A stretch of DNA of 63,892 nt, the filler included, from Craspedostauros australis (Eukaryota): assembly GCA_030167865.1 (NCBI GenBank). It is 12 parts of 12 records of this genome, joined end to end, with 100 filler letters (N's around TTAATTAATTAA, not from the genome) between each part and the next. Parts side by side here need not be neighbours in the genome. Positions count along the whole stretch, not along the records: positions 1 to 4,493 come from JALAGF010004524.1; positions 4,594 to 7,928 come from JALAGF010004527.1; positions 8,029 to 9,987 come from JALAGF010004528.1; positions 10,088 to 19,943 come from JALAGF010004529.1; 8 more parts are not named here. One strand, given 5' to 3'. The notes beneath the pieces are model-generated. The model worked only from the letters and a program-made list of their open reading frames with translations. It did no database searches and had not been told where the DNA came from. Made by a program: the position numbers and the translations under genes. This document shows, piece by piece, positions 1 to 11,380 of this stretch. Positions within the stretch are counted from its first letter, which is position 1. Each line of letters begins with the position of its first letter.

Positions 1-421
1 TCTTCACTCAACAGCTCGTCACCCGCGTCCTGAAAGACTTGATCTCTCTTGAAGGACTCGTGTGATTTCGCTGTGTACAATAACGAGATAACATGATGGA
101 TTTGTCCATGTGTGGAAGAGCAAAATTGCTGAGGGGTGTGCCTATGGACAGATCATCTTCCAAGAATATACTATGCTCAGCACCAACATTGTAATACATT
201 CGGGGTGCACACCAGTAGAGCACTTTAATCTGTGGATGGATAAGTTGGTGGATGGATGGGCAAGCCCATGGTGCTAATGCTGGAGTAGATTGCATTCCAT
301 GTCAAAGGTAATGATTGCAACAGTCGAGCAAAACTGTCACACTCAACACACCCACCCCACAGATCAACAGATTCAGGAAAGGTCCAGCTGACCACCTGAT
401 GTGACCGCGGCGGCAAAAAGC

Positions 422-1094
422 TGTTGCGATGATAATCAGCAATTCAATACAAGTCAAGGGCACCAAACACTGCACTTACTACGCCGCCAGGGTGATCAAT
501 CCGTCAGGTGGAGTTGGAGATGTTTGGTGTTTGTTGTTGTTCTAAGTTAGTTGTAGTCAATTGATGATTGAGTTTGGATTATGAGATGATGATCTNNNNN
601 NNNNNNNNNNNNNNNNNNNNNNNNNNNNNNNNNNNNNNNNNNNNNNNNNNNNNNNNNNNNNNNNNNNNNNNNNNNNNNCTAAAACATTGCCCAAGATGGC
701 ATGTTGATTTACACGATATCCCGTGTTATTCTCGCCCTTGGGTCTTTCTTCATCTCTCCTGGTCTTGCCTAATCTTGATATCTGTTTGACCATATGTGGA
801 TTGATCCGTCTACGTCGATGAGGTGCATGCATCACCTCTGACGATGTTGTTCTGGATCCTAAATGTTGTTGCCACGTGCTCGATGATGCACTTGGCTTTG
901 CTAGACAGATCAGCATACCATGACTAAGATATAATCTCGATTCCGAGGATCACAATGACCGATCCTCTGACGTCATACGATGATGTCAGTGCCTACGTCA
1001 GGTTCGATGACTGTAGTGACTGAATCTCAATCGTGTATCAAGACTCACTCGACTATACTCTCAAATCGAGTCGAATCAAAAATAGTGAATCACA
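422..1094 (-). mobile_element. Possible LTR (solo or element end)
   Basis: Minus strand begins TGTGA and ends CAACA. Non-coding. Shares TTATGAGATGATGA with the putative LTR at ~62385-63000. No TSD seen. Confidence 0.3.
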
Positions 1095-1620
1095 TTTCAG
1101 TCATGGGAGATGGGTACCTAATTTCGATCTAGATGTTGATATGCGACGAGTGGCAGTCCGCCTTTGACTTTGCCCCCAATGCAAAAGTAGGTACTAAATA
1201 CCTTTTGGCTGATCTGCGCCAACACTGGTTGTCCGATTCTCAGCAGAATGGTTCGACAGCAGAGGCCGTTCTCATGTTGTTTGTCTCTGTTCGATCCCTC
1301 AAATCGACAAATTCAACGTCTGTCCCACAACCAGGATCGGAAGGACCAAAACGTGCTCTGACGCCAGATCGACCAAAAGGAACCCACGAAAAGGAAGAAA
1401 TGTGATCATTTGCTGTCTTCTTCCAGCCCAAATCGTGTTGCGATTTGCACAATGATGGCTGCTGCAACAGGAAAGGTCAAAATGGACCCGCAAGTGCACG
1501 AATCGCAGCACGAGAAACAATGCAACCGCCATCAGTCTCTTTCCGCGTCATGCTGTCAGCTCAGCAAGGGGAGAAAAGCAGGTTGTGCAGGACTTTGTAT
1601 TGACAAACTAAGCTTAGATT

Positions 1621-2059
1621 GAAGAGTACAATATTTTGCATACCCAGGATAAGTCACTGTGCTCCATTACATTATATAATACTGTGTTGTGTGGTATACG
1701 CAAGTGTTGCTGATGCTGTTGCCGTGAACGTGAACATGTTGGGAAACCGCCACCAACGGTGCGCTGCTTGCCACAACACGCACAAACGTGGAAACACCCA
1801 ACTGGGCCAAATCACCAACAACTCGAGGAATCAACGCAACACCGAATCTGTCGCAACATCACCATCCACACCGTTGGATACCATCGCCGTCTGATATCGA
1901 CCGTCAAAGACGTCATCATTTTCGTCCGCAGTGAAGACAAGCCAGCCAGGCATTTGTGTCGTAGACGCTAGCTAAACATATCTAAACCTAATGGACAACA
2001 CGAAAAATCATGTTCTAAAAATATCATGTTTTACGATGTCAAATCCGCAAGAACGTACG
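1621..2059. repeat. Dispersed non-coding repeat family A, copy 1 (uninterrupted); probable non-autonomous element
   Basis: Reverse complement aligns by eye with 10088-11380 and 19753-19943 (e.g. GTTGTCCATTAGG.TTAGATA, GATATCAGAC.GC.ATGG). Confidence 0.85.
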
Positions 2060-2064
2060 TGCGA

Positions 2065-2482
2065 ACCCTGAATGGGGTCGTATGGGAGCAGAAACACTCA
2101 ACACTCAACACAGATCTGGCATGGGGCTTGAAGAAGTTCAACCACGGTGCTCTCAAATACAAGATTGNAATCACTGTGTACCACTTAAAGTGTGTTTGGA
2201 TCCACGGGCTCCACCAAGGAGGTAAACATGACTTGACTATTTGTTGTGAAGGATTGTTGCATCAGATCACAGGCAGAAAAGTCATCATTGCTGATCGTGG
2301 GCACAGGACGAGTCGTATGGAAAAAGAATATGATATGAACACCAAATGAGATCGATGGGCCAGAACTTGAAAACTTCAAGAGCAGAGCGCGGTTGCATCA
2401 TGAGACCTTCAATGAGAGACTGGAGTTCTTCAGCGTGCTGGAGATCACTTTTTGCATGGCACAGAAAAGCAGAAGCATGTGT
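2065..2482 (+). pseudogene. Degenerate PIF/Harbinger (ISL2EU-like, DDE_Tnp_4) transposase fragment
   Basis: KKFNHGALKYKI...CVWIHG...GKHDLTI...KVIIADRG, then frameshifted ...HETFNERLEFFSVL. This matches the DDE_Tnp_4 motif order. Confidence 0.7.
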
Positions 2483-2788
2483 NNNNNNNNNNNNNNNNNN
2501 NNNNNNNNNNNNNNNNNNNNNNNNNNNNNNNNNNNNNNNNNNNNNNNNNNNNNNNNNNNNNNNNNNNNNNNNNNNNNNNNNNNNNNNNNNNNNNNNNNNN
2601 NNNNNNNNNNNNNNNNNNNNNNNNNNNNNNNNNNNAAGCTGGCTTGTTGTCTTGTTTCGCTGATCTGTTCTTGTGGTTTGGGTTGGCTTGCGTCACTCCG
2701 TGCGAAGTAGTTTTGTCTGTTTCTTCACGATCCAAACGTCCGTTACGTTCGACCAAACGTCCGTTAAATAGTTCGATAGATTCTTGAG

Positions 2789-2908
2789 TTTTGTCCGGTC
2801 TGTCCGGTTGATTCGTTTGTTTTGTCCGGTCTGTCCGGTCATTTTGTCCGGTCGTTTTGTCCGGTCATTTTGTCCGGTCTGACTGAGTTTCTCCGGTTTT
2901 GTCCGGTC
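2789..2908. repeat. Imperfect tandem array of (TTT)TGTCCGGTC units
   Basis: About 8-9 units with short spacers are visible directly. Confidence 0.85.
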
Positions 2909-3385
2909 TCTCTCGTGCCTGGACCAACGACAATTGAAGAGCAATAGCGTAACCCTATCTACGATTTTCAGGATTTCAGACGATTCACTTTTCTGTCTCA
3001 ACGCAGTGTATTAAGTCCCGGTAAATTAGGTCACGAGCTAGAAAAGTGAACATCGGACAAAATGTTGGGTGTTCCAGATGATCCATGACGCACGCGCGGT
3101 CAAATCACAGCGCACAGGTCATCGAAAAGAGACACAAAAACAGCATTGCTGGACGGCAAGGACGCAGCAGAACCGTTACTGTTGCATCGTCACCTTTGAG
3201 ACGATACTGCTGTTATCCATCCATAAAACCTATTGTATGTTGATCCATCCGTTGGAAGTGACAAGTCAAGAAGTCTCAAGTCAAAAGGTCTTCGCTGTTG
3301 CCATTGACGCCGATCAGAAATACGGACACACAAGCTCACATCATCGTCATCGTTATCGTTATCGCTATCGCCTCCTCTGCGAACC

Positions 3386-4493
3386 ATGGCCGTCATCGGT
3401 TTGAAGGGCAAACGCCTTGGAGCCTCAGGCTCCACTTCACCCACCACGATGGTGATGATCTCCATCCTCATCGGCATCGTCTTGCTGCAATTCTGTCTCC
3501 CCACGAGAAATGATGACATCCAGTCCGTGGATAAGGCAGTCGCCAGTCAGGCGAGGGTCGTCGGCCAGTCAGCTGTCGAGGTACCGTACGATCCTTTGGC
3601 GATCCCAGCAGGCCACGCGCAACCGTTACCGTCCATTCGAACCACCAACGAGGAAGAGCAACAAATAGTTCGCAAGCAATACGGAGGCAAAGGTACGACG
3701 AATTGGCGCGAGAGTTGTTGGATTGGAGACTGGAGGTTTGGATGGATGGATGGATGGATGAGTGTACGAATGTATGAATGCATGGATGCACACGTGGGCG
3801 CTTGGGTGGATGCAGGGATGATGTTCAAATCGAAGTTGCTACTCTACGATTTTTGGTATGCTGGATGGAGCTTGCCTTTCCTCCTGAGTTCAGGACAGCA
3901 AATGTCGTGGTGTGCTACGTTGATGTGTCCTCTCTTGTTGTGCTCCGCCACCCAACTTCTCCTTCAACTCACGCCTCTCTCCAACTCTCCTTGATGCTTC
4001 GTGCAATTCACTTTCTGTTGCCTCGCCATGCCTCGCAATGCCTCACTGATGTCCATCATCTTTTTTCCGATCAGGCGACAAAGCACATCTCGGTGGATTC
4101 ACAGAGCTCGATCTCATGGGAGTGTCACCAAGAACATGGAAGTTCATGATCGAGTACATGGGAATCAAAAGCATGGTGGATGTGGGTTGTGGAAAGGGGA
4201 CCAGCACGAGCTGGTTCCATGATCATGGCGTGGATGCGTTGTGCGTGGAGGGATCGCATGATGCCGTCCTAGCCAACGTGCTTCCAAACAAAGACACGCA
4301 TCTCGTGGAGCACGACTTCTCGCGTGGTCCGTACTGGCCAGATAAGTTGTACGATGCCGTGTGGGCAGTTGAGTTTCTGGAACACGTTGGCAGGAACTAT
4401 CAACACAATTACATTCCCATCTTCCGCAAGGCCGCTTACTTGTTCGTGACTCATTCGACGTGGTCGGGATGGCACCATGTGGAAGTGCATGAC
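3386..4493 (+). CDS. Type II membrane class I SAM-dependent methyltransferase. Exons 3386-3692 and 4075-4493+; 3' end truncated by contig end
   Basis: N-terminal TM (VMISILIGIVLLQFCL). Removing GT-AG intron 3693-4074 gives YGGKG|DKAHLGGF in frame. SAM motif I MVDVGCGKG and later YDAVWAVEFLEHV. Confidence 0.85.
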
Positions 4494-4537
4494 NNNNNNN
4501 NNNNNNNNNNNNNNNNNNNNNNNNNNNNNNNNNNNNN

Positions 4538-4549
4538 TTAATTAATTAA
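4538..4549. other. Artificial contig linker TTAATTAATTAA in Ns; also at 7973, 10032, 19988, 22619, 25499, 27685, 42350, 43977, 59390, 61347
   Basis: Identical all-frame-stop 12-mer between fixed-length N runs, 11 times. Confidence 0.98.
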
Positions 4550-4593
4550 NNNNNNNNNNNNNNNNNNNNNNNNNNNNNNNNNNNNNNNNNNNN

Positions 4594-5942
4594 TGTGGCT
4601 CTTCGATGGTGGCTGAGGCATCCAGTAGCAGCGAGTTCACCATCTTGCGAATCATCCGTTTGAGAAATCGGTTTGCACGGATCTGGAAGACGAGAGCGCC
4701 GTCGTATTCCGGCCCTACCGCCGCCCCTACTGATACAACTGCTGATGATGGTGATGATGATGTTGATCCTTCCTGTTCATGCTTGCGCCATACCTTGTTG
4801 AAGCCCGGAATGGCATCCTCCAACTCAGCGAGGCCAGTTGTGCGGAGCTGCTGCTGATCATTGGATACTTCATCTACGTCTTCAACATCGACGCTGCCCG
4901 AACCTGTCACCAACCAACATCGTCCTGCTTGAATGGTGCAATCCGCCGACTGTGTCAATATCCTGCCTTTGCTCAACGAGGTGTAATCCATCGATTGGTT
5001 CATGACAGATGCGAAGAACTGGTTCACCGTCTTCACCATGAGTCTGGCATATTGAAGACATACTGTCTTGCGCAAAGGAAGGATGTAGATGTATTCACGA
5101 GCCGTCGCTTGGAATGTGGGATGGAAGCTGGATGACACATGATATCCATCATGGATCTTCATGAATGGTGTGGTACTAGTTCGATCGCTGAGTTGCAGGG
5201 CATCCCATGCTTCTTTCATGCCATCTCGAGTTGCATCTATCTCATTGACTTCATTGACTTCATTCACTTCATGTGTTTCACTGCTGCCATCTCGCAACAA
5301 CCGATTGACATCCATGACTAGACGATCGAGATCTGGTGTGGCCGTTGATTTGGCTGATAGCGAGAAGGAGAGCACGTTCGCCTTGGCCGAAACACCAGCA
5401 TCCGTCCGGCCTGCAACGNNNNNNNNNACGATTGTCTCAGCCTCGATGATGCCTTGATACCGCAAACACTTGGACACTGCGTCTGTGAGAACGCCGCGGA
5501 CCGTCGGCGCATTGATGGTGGGGTTGAACTCGTATCCGCCCAAGAAGGAGGGTCCATGATACGATACGATCAAGGCGTACGTTGGTCGCAACCGCCGCCG
5601 CGGATCTCTGTGCGGCACGAACGGTGGGAACCGTGGCGGTTGCGGCATGTCGAGATCCTGGAAGAGTTCTGGAATGCCTGAGAACTGATGGGAATCATTG
5701 GGAGGTAACTCGTCGATGAAAGGATGCCTGTATTTGCCTGCTTGATACGGTTGGTCATCCTGAGGTTGTGGCACGTCATGGTGGAGACTGTTGCTATCGA
5801 TCTGATGGCTTCCATGATGACTGCCATGGTGGCTTCTGCGCTGAGGGTTGGAAGCACGCGGTTGATCTTTGGGGAGACAGGGCAACGCACAGTATGCCGA
5901 AGATGACCACAACGCATCTGCAGAAACGGTCTGCTTCTCCAC
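4594..5942 (-). CDS. TruA/Pus1-family tRNA pseudouridine synthase (start uncertain, 3' truncated)
   Basis: YALIVSYHG, catalytic AGRTDAGVSA, FHPTFQATAREYIY, and IRANRFLKRMIRKMV. Confidence 0.88.
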
Positions 5943-6396
5943 TCATGATGCCATAGCTTTCTCCTTCTCTTCACGAGTATTCTATTATTATATAATATTA
6001 TATAATAGTATGTGCTGGTGGTACTGGTGATACCGGTGATACTGATGATCCTGGTTTGTTTGTTGCATTCCTTTGTGAATGCATCGTGTGATGTGTCCAC
6101 ATGGAGTGGTGTTTGTTCTTTCTTCGTTGCCTTAGTTTGATGTTGGTGGTTGATTGGTTGGAGAAGATTCGTTTTGGCGCCATGATAACGTCGAAATAAC
6201 GCTCACCAATCACGTGTGTGAGACACGATCCAAACCAAAAAGTGATGCCAACCACAACTACCCAATCCGAGAGGATGTTCCTGAACTCACTAACACCTTT
6301 CACTGTGTCGACATTGTCCCTTCGGACCGTGCGTGATAAGACAAGACAACCAAGACCAATGATCCAGGGAGCTTCCACTCCGCGAGTACGGAGCCA

Positions 6397-7194
6397 TGTT
6401 GGCAAGTTCCGTGATTGGTACCCTACGATCGTGGAAGATGGTGTTGGTTGATAGTCGTTCGTTGCTATTTCATTTCTTGGCTACTCCAATCCTCTCAGTG
6501 TATGCCCGTTCTCTTGCCCAATGCTCTTGGCACTTCAATCTGTTTTGTAGATTTGGTCTCCAACTATGAGTCGGTGTGCGAGATACTCTCTCGCTACTCT
6601 TCATATTCTCTCTCTCTCTCTCTCTCAATATCGTGTGCTTTGTGCTACACAATACTCCGTGTTCGATGCGTACTCCACATTCAATACTCTGTTTGTTCAC
6701 TACTGGTCCCTACTCCATGAGTACGTACCATTTGAAGTTCATCTCCTGTATCCATGATCTTGATGTCCTTTGGTCATCAGATCTTCGCCTCCTGCTCTGA
6801 CCTGGAGACAGATGTTGACGTGGTGACATGATGACATCCTGTCAACATCAGTAGGTGTCCTTCTGCGCTCCAGATGTCACGTTCCATTGGTGATGCAGTG
6901 GTCTGTCAGATGATATCGTCATCTGAGGTTTAGTTGGGAAGTACCTCAAGATTCTCTTGGTACCATTGATGGATGGACGGACGATCTAATTCTCTCAGAA
7001 ATCGTCGATTGCAAATTTCCTCCAGAAATTCTGCTCATTTTCGTGTGTTCCATTTCCACTGTAATTCTGACGAATCACAGCATACTATTGACACGAATGT
7101 AGTTATACCGTCCAAGTACGTATGAGAGAATAACGGATGAACGATGCACATATACACGTACATCTCGACACATACTCACATGTACATCTCGACA
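6397..7194 (-). mobile_element. Copia LTR family B, copy 1 (~800 bp)
   Basis: Reverse complement runs TGTCGAGATG...CTTGCCAACA and closely matches 24147-24950 and 47436-48235. Confidence 0.9.
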
Positions 7195-7311
7195 TACAGT
7201 ATCTTCACCACCACTCAGAAACGCAAGGCTTGTCAACGTCATCGAATAGAGTTCAACTATACTCTATACTCTCCACTCAATAATCTATACCCCATCCATC
7301 ACCTCTCTATT

Positions 7312-7928
7312 TGTAGCAACACGAATGGCACAATGGCATGAAGGCGGTGACTTGTGCCATAGGACTTGGGACACTTTGTTCTACTCCTCTCTCTCTCTCT
7401 CTCTAGATAGGCTTTAGTCACTAGTCATTCGTGACCCATTGGAATGCTGGACAGACGCCCATGAGGAAGCACAACAGCCACGCACACAAATCACGACACG
7501 ACGAAGCACAACACATCGTTTGGATGTGTTGGTACACGGTCGGATGACAGACGGAGCAGCAGCAAATCCCATGTTCACAGCCTCTGCAGAGACAATCAGA
7601 GTATCCATAATAATCTCACATCATCACACACACACAACACATCCGTATCGTCTCCCGATCATCACAGGTTATGAGGAAATACGCTTCCACAGGAAGACAA
7701 TCCACATAAACTTCGTCACCCTCTCTGCAATAGGAAATACCCATCCAGGCGCAGCTCCTCGTTCCTCTCTTCGCTCCTCGCTTCGATCGCTTTCCGCGTT
7801 CTCTCTTTTCTTTTTTTCGTTGACATCATGGCTGACACCACTGAACAAGTCGATCACTTAAAGGTCACTCGTGCCCTTTTTGACCGATTCAACTGGCAAT
7901 GGCTCGATGATTTCTCGAAACAGACACG
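7312..7928 (+). mobile_element. Probable 5' end of another Copia element: LTR ~7312-7666, PBS-like GGTTATGAG, ORF from 7828
   Basis: TGT...ATCACA followed directly by GGTTATGAG, which resembles the copia half-tRNAiMet PBS. ORF MADTTEQVDHLK... runs into the gap. Confidence 0.45.
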
Positions 7929-8028
7929 NNNNNNNNNNNNNNNNNNNNNNNNNNNNNNNNNNNNNNNNNNNNTTAATTAATTAANNNNNNNNNNNNNNNN
8001 NNNNNNNNNNNNNNNNNNNNNNNNNNNN

Positions 8029-9987
8029 TCAAACCATGTCTCACGATTAGTCTGTCCGTCGTCCGTCATACTCTTGACACACAGAGGAGGAGGTCCACAA
8101 TAGACTTGGGAGTGTGTCCGACTTTGTTAGATCGGTGAGTCTAATTTTGGTATTATGGGAGGTGCGGCAATCTAGGATAATACGACATAGTCGCACCCTC
8201 GATTCCTGACACCCTTCCATTGTCGCATNGACATCATACCATAGACTCCACACTCCATCANTCTCTTGNACCACCATCCCTCTCACTCTTCTCGGTCCAN
8301 TGCTGACCGAGGCTGGATGATATCTCCCTTGTGTCTGTCNTAGATCTNCTTCTTCGTGTTCTTGGTGAAGCCGTCAGCGATGTTGTCCTCTGAACGTACG
8401 AACCGGGCTCTAGCCTCTCTGTTCGCAATCAGCTCTTGGATGAAGTGATGTCGGATATCGATGTGTCTGGTTCTGGCCGATGTGGATGGGTTGGAAGCGA
8501 TGAAGATTGCTCCCACGTTGTCGACCATCACATCTGTTGGCCTGTGTACCTCCAACCCAATGTCACTCATCAATTGCGTCAGGAAGCGGATCTCCTTGCC
8601 TGCTTCCGACAGTGCAACGTACTCTGCCTCCGTTGAGCTCAGCGTCACGCTGCGTTGTGCCTTCGATCTCCAGATGATAGGCACTCCNTGTAGTAGGACG
8701 AGGTGTCCTCCCACACTGATGCGATTGTCCTTGTCACCGGCGAACTCGCTGTCGGTGTACACCACAATCTTCCATGCATCGTTCTCCAATGGACTCGGTC
8801 TCATCTTCAGACCGTACTCTCTCGTATCCGACACGAACTTCATGACTCTCAGCATTTCCTTGTATGCTGCGGCCGTTGGTCCATCCAACACCTTGGTCAG
8901 TTCTCGCACTGCATTGGCGATGTCGGGTCGTGAGTGTTTCACCAGGTACAACAGCATCCCCACTCCGCTTTGGTAGTTGCTGTGTCGCTGCTTGTCGACC
9001 TTTGGTGAGTCACTCTCTCTCTGGATGCCTTGTCCTGGCGTCCCTGGTGTTCCGTATCGTTGCAGCTTCATCACATTGTCCTTGAAAGTGTTGACAATGT
9101 TGTTGATGATGTGCGGTTGGTTCACCCAGCAATTGGTCTCGTTGTGGTTGAAGTTGATCTTGCAACTGAGATAGTCTTCGAGATCTTCCTCCACCTTGAT
9201 ACCGAATCGCTTTGCCTTGATGTCCCCCANGAGGTTCTTCAGCTCCTGTTCATCCCCGATGCACAGGCAGTNNTCGACGTAGGTTCCGATCAGTAGCATT
9301 CTCCCTTCCTGATTCCGAATCAGGAGGCATGGATCCACCTTGCTCTGTCTGAATCCCATTTCGATCAGGATATCGACCAGCTTCTTGTTCCACTGCCTGG
9401 CGCTCTGCACGAGCCCATAGATCGTCTTCTTGAGCAGCAAGCGTTCATCGGCCTCATGCCTCATGCCTTTCGGGCATTGCATGTAGATCTCCTCTTCGAG
9501 ATCCCCATGCAAGAACGCTGTCTCGAAGTCGATGATGATGCAGTCCATTCGAAGAAGCATCTTNNNNNNNNNNNNNNNNNNNNNNNNNNNNNNNNNNNNN
9601 NNNNNNNNNNNNNNNNNNNNNNNNNNNNNNNNNNNNNNNNNNNNNTACCCACATGCAACCAGTCGGGCGCGGAACACGCCGTTCCTCTTCTCCTTGAACA
9701 CCCATTTGGTCTTCACGCATCGTCGATCGTCTGGCATCTCGCTCTTCTTGATCTTCTGCCATACTCCTCTTCTGGCCATGTCGGTGAATTCCTTGTTGAT
9801 AGCTCCACGCCACTTCTCTCTCTTCTCAGGATTAGCATGATCCCAGCACTCCTCGAACGTCGTTGGATCCAACATCACAGCCGTGTTGGCTTGTTCGGAC
9901 CACTCACCATTCCGTTCGTTCTCAACATCCTGACTCGCAGCAATGAAGTCGATAAGTCTCATCCTCCCTTGGGTAGTATCGATCATC
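8029..9987 (-). mobile_element. Ty1/Copia 3' portion: RT-RNase H, PPT and start of 3' LTR (8211 downward)
   Basis: Pol ORF followed by GGAAGGG|TGTCAGG on the minus strand. Confidence 0.9.
8283..9986 (-). CDS. Copia pol reverse transcriptase (RVT_2) + RNase HI, partial
   Basis: KWVFKEK, FRARLVACG, DFETAFLHG, IYGLVQSARQW, SRPDIANAV, YTDSEFAGD, SSTEAEY, NIADGFTK. Confidence 0.95.
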   Translation of the reverse strand: MIDTTQGRMRLIDFIAASQDVENERNGEWSEQANTAVMLDPTTFEECWDHANPEKREKWRGAINKEFTDMARRGVWQKIKKSEMPDDRRCVKTKWVFKEKRNGVFRARLVACGXXXXXXXXXXXXXXXXXXXXXXXXXXXXKMLLRMDCIIIDFETAFLHGDLEEEIYMQCPKGMRHEADERLLLKKTIYGLVQSARQWNKKLVDILIEMGFRQSKVDPCLLIRNQEGRMLLIGTYVXXCLCIGDEQELKNLXGDIKAKRFGIKVEEDLEDYLSCKINFNHNETNCWVNQPHIINNIVNTFKDNVMKLQRYGTPGTPGQGIQRESDSPKVDKQRHSNYQSGVGMLLYLVKHSRPDIANAVRELTKVLDGPTAAAYKEMLRVMKFVSDTREYGLKMRPSPLENDAWKIVVYTDSEFAGDKDNRISVGGHLVLLXGVPIIWRSKAQRSVTLSSTEAEYVALSEAGKEIRFLTQLMSDIGLEVHRPTDVMVDNVGAIFIASNPSTSARTRHIDIRHHFIQELIANREARARFVRSEDNIADGFTKNTKKXIXDRHKGDIIQPRSAXDREE

Positions 9988-10087
9988 NNNNNNNNNNNNN
10001 NNNNNNNNNNNNNNNNNNNNNNNNNNNNNNNTTAATTAATTAANNNNNNNNNNNNNNNNNNNNNNNNNNNNNNNNNNNNNNNNNNNN

Positions 10088-11380
10088 TGGCATGTTGTCC
10101 ATTAGGGTTAGATATATTTAGATAGCTCTTACAACACTAATACATGGCTTGTCCTCACTGTGGATGAGAATGATGCCATCATTGTTGGTTGATATCAGAC
10201 TGCAATGGTATCCAACAGAGTGGGTAGTGATGTTGTGACAGCTTCAGTGTCGTGTTGATTCCTCATGTTGTGGACGATTGGGCTCTGTTGTGCGTTTCCT
10301 CCCTTGTGCGTGTTGTGTCAAGTAGCACAGGGTTNNNNNNNNNNNNNNNNNNNGTTCACGTCTACATTCACGGCAACAGCAGCAGCAGCTTCGCCAGATC
10401 GACTGGCGTACATACAAGACGGCGCGACAATCCAAGATGAGCCGTGGGTCCACGCGTTTCATCTCCAAGTGGGCCTCGGGCTTTGTGGGCGTCAACCACA
10501 AACTTCATTAGACAGGCCAACTGCAGTCGCCGAAATGCAAGTTCTGTGCCAGTGACGAGACCACTCAACACATTCTCCGTTGCCCGGAGCATCAGGAAGC
10601 ATGGGATGGGGCCACTTCTGGCCTAATCGATCGCATGGTTCAGATCGGGACCGCCCCAAGGCTGGTCCAGCGCATGCGGGTCGGTCTTGTGAGACGGAGA
10701 AGGAATGCACGATCCAACGATGTGCAAAGCAACATCGGGTGGTACCCCCTCACAATGGGGTTTATCCACAAGGACTGGGCTCTCCATCAGGCCCACTGGA
10801 TGATGACGCATGAGTGTCGTTACTCAGATGCCAATGCTTGGGCCCGAGAGATCGTACGATGGATTTGGAGAATCCTGTGGGAGGTATGGCTGGCGCGGAA
10901 TGCCAAAGTGCATGACGAAGAGATGCACCCCTCGGTCCAGGACCTGCGACGCAAGGTCCGCCGAATGATCCAGGATGCGAGTCAGGATATGACCGAAGCG
11001 GAGATGCGTTTGTTCCATGAGGGCCGACATATCGAACACGGCACCGAGATTCAAATGTAACAGTGGGTGAACTCTATGATCGCCGTTCACGCGGCGGTGA
11101 GAGCGTGGCGACGATCGCGGTCAATGCACGCCGAGAGGCGGGCGTTGGCGGCTTGGTTGGGGCTTTCATAGCAGACGACACACAACAGCTCGCTCAAAAC
11201 ACGGCCCTACGGGGCTTGCAGCGGCGAGGGTAAAGCCTTATAGCACATTTCTAATGTAATCCTTGAGTTGTTATTATTCACGGCAACAGCAACACTTGCG
11301 AATACTATGCAGCATAATATTATAGAATACAATGGAGCACAGTGACTCATCCTATGGTATGAGAAGTATACTATACTCTC
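10088..11380. repeat. Repeat family A, copy 2 (inverted relative to copy 1), interrupted by a LINE
   Basis: 10088-10381 and 11276-11380 both align to the reverse complement of 1621-2000. Confidence 0.85.
10382..11275 (+). mobile_element. 5'-truncated non-LTR retrotransposon (C-terminal zf-RVT region, Ambal-like) with 16-bp TSD
   Basis: CCHC knuckle CKFCASDETTQHILRC; QSNIGW..L.MG...W...Q...W..EIVRWIW...W.ARNAKVH; TTATTATT tail; TSD ATTCACGGCAACAGCA at 10366-10381 and 11276-11291. Confidence 0.85.

Noticed and set aside
2789..2908. CRISPR-like array
   Set aside because: Units are 9-12 bp with no unique 30-40 bp spacers, there are no cas genes, and the context is eukaryotic.
3693..3994. C-terminal half of the 202-aa ORF 3386-3994
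   Set aside because: It is read-through into the GT-AG intron, which contains (GGAT)n. Splicing restores the methyltransferase frame.
6380..6396. TGGCTCCGTA after LTR copy 1 as a tRNA primer-binding site
   Set aside because: The downstream sequence leads into the TruA upstream region and does not match the sequence before gag at 59788. It cannot be distinguished from chance.
6415..6800. Recurrent small ORFs (also at 24178-24892, 47467-48460, 59390-59836) as a conserved peptide family
   Set aside because: They recur only because they lie inside LTR family B, and their frames and stops differ between copies.
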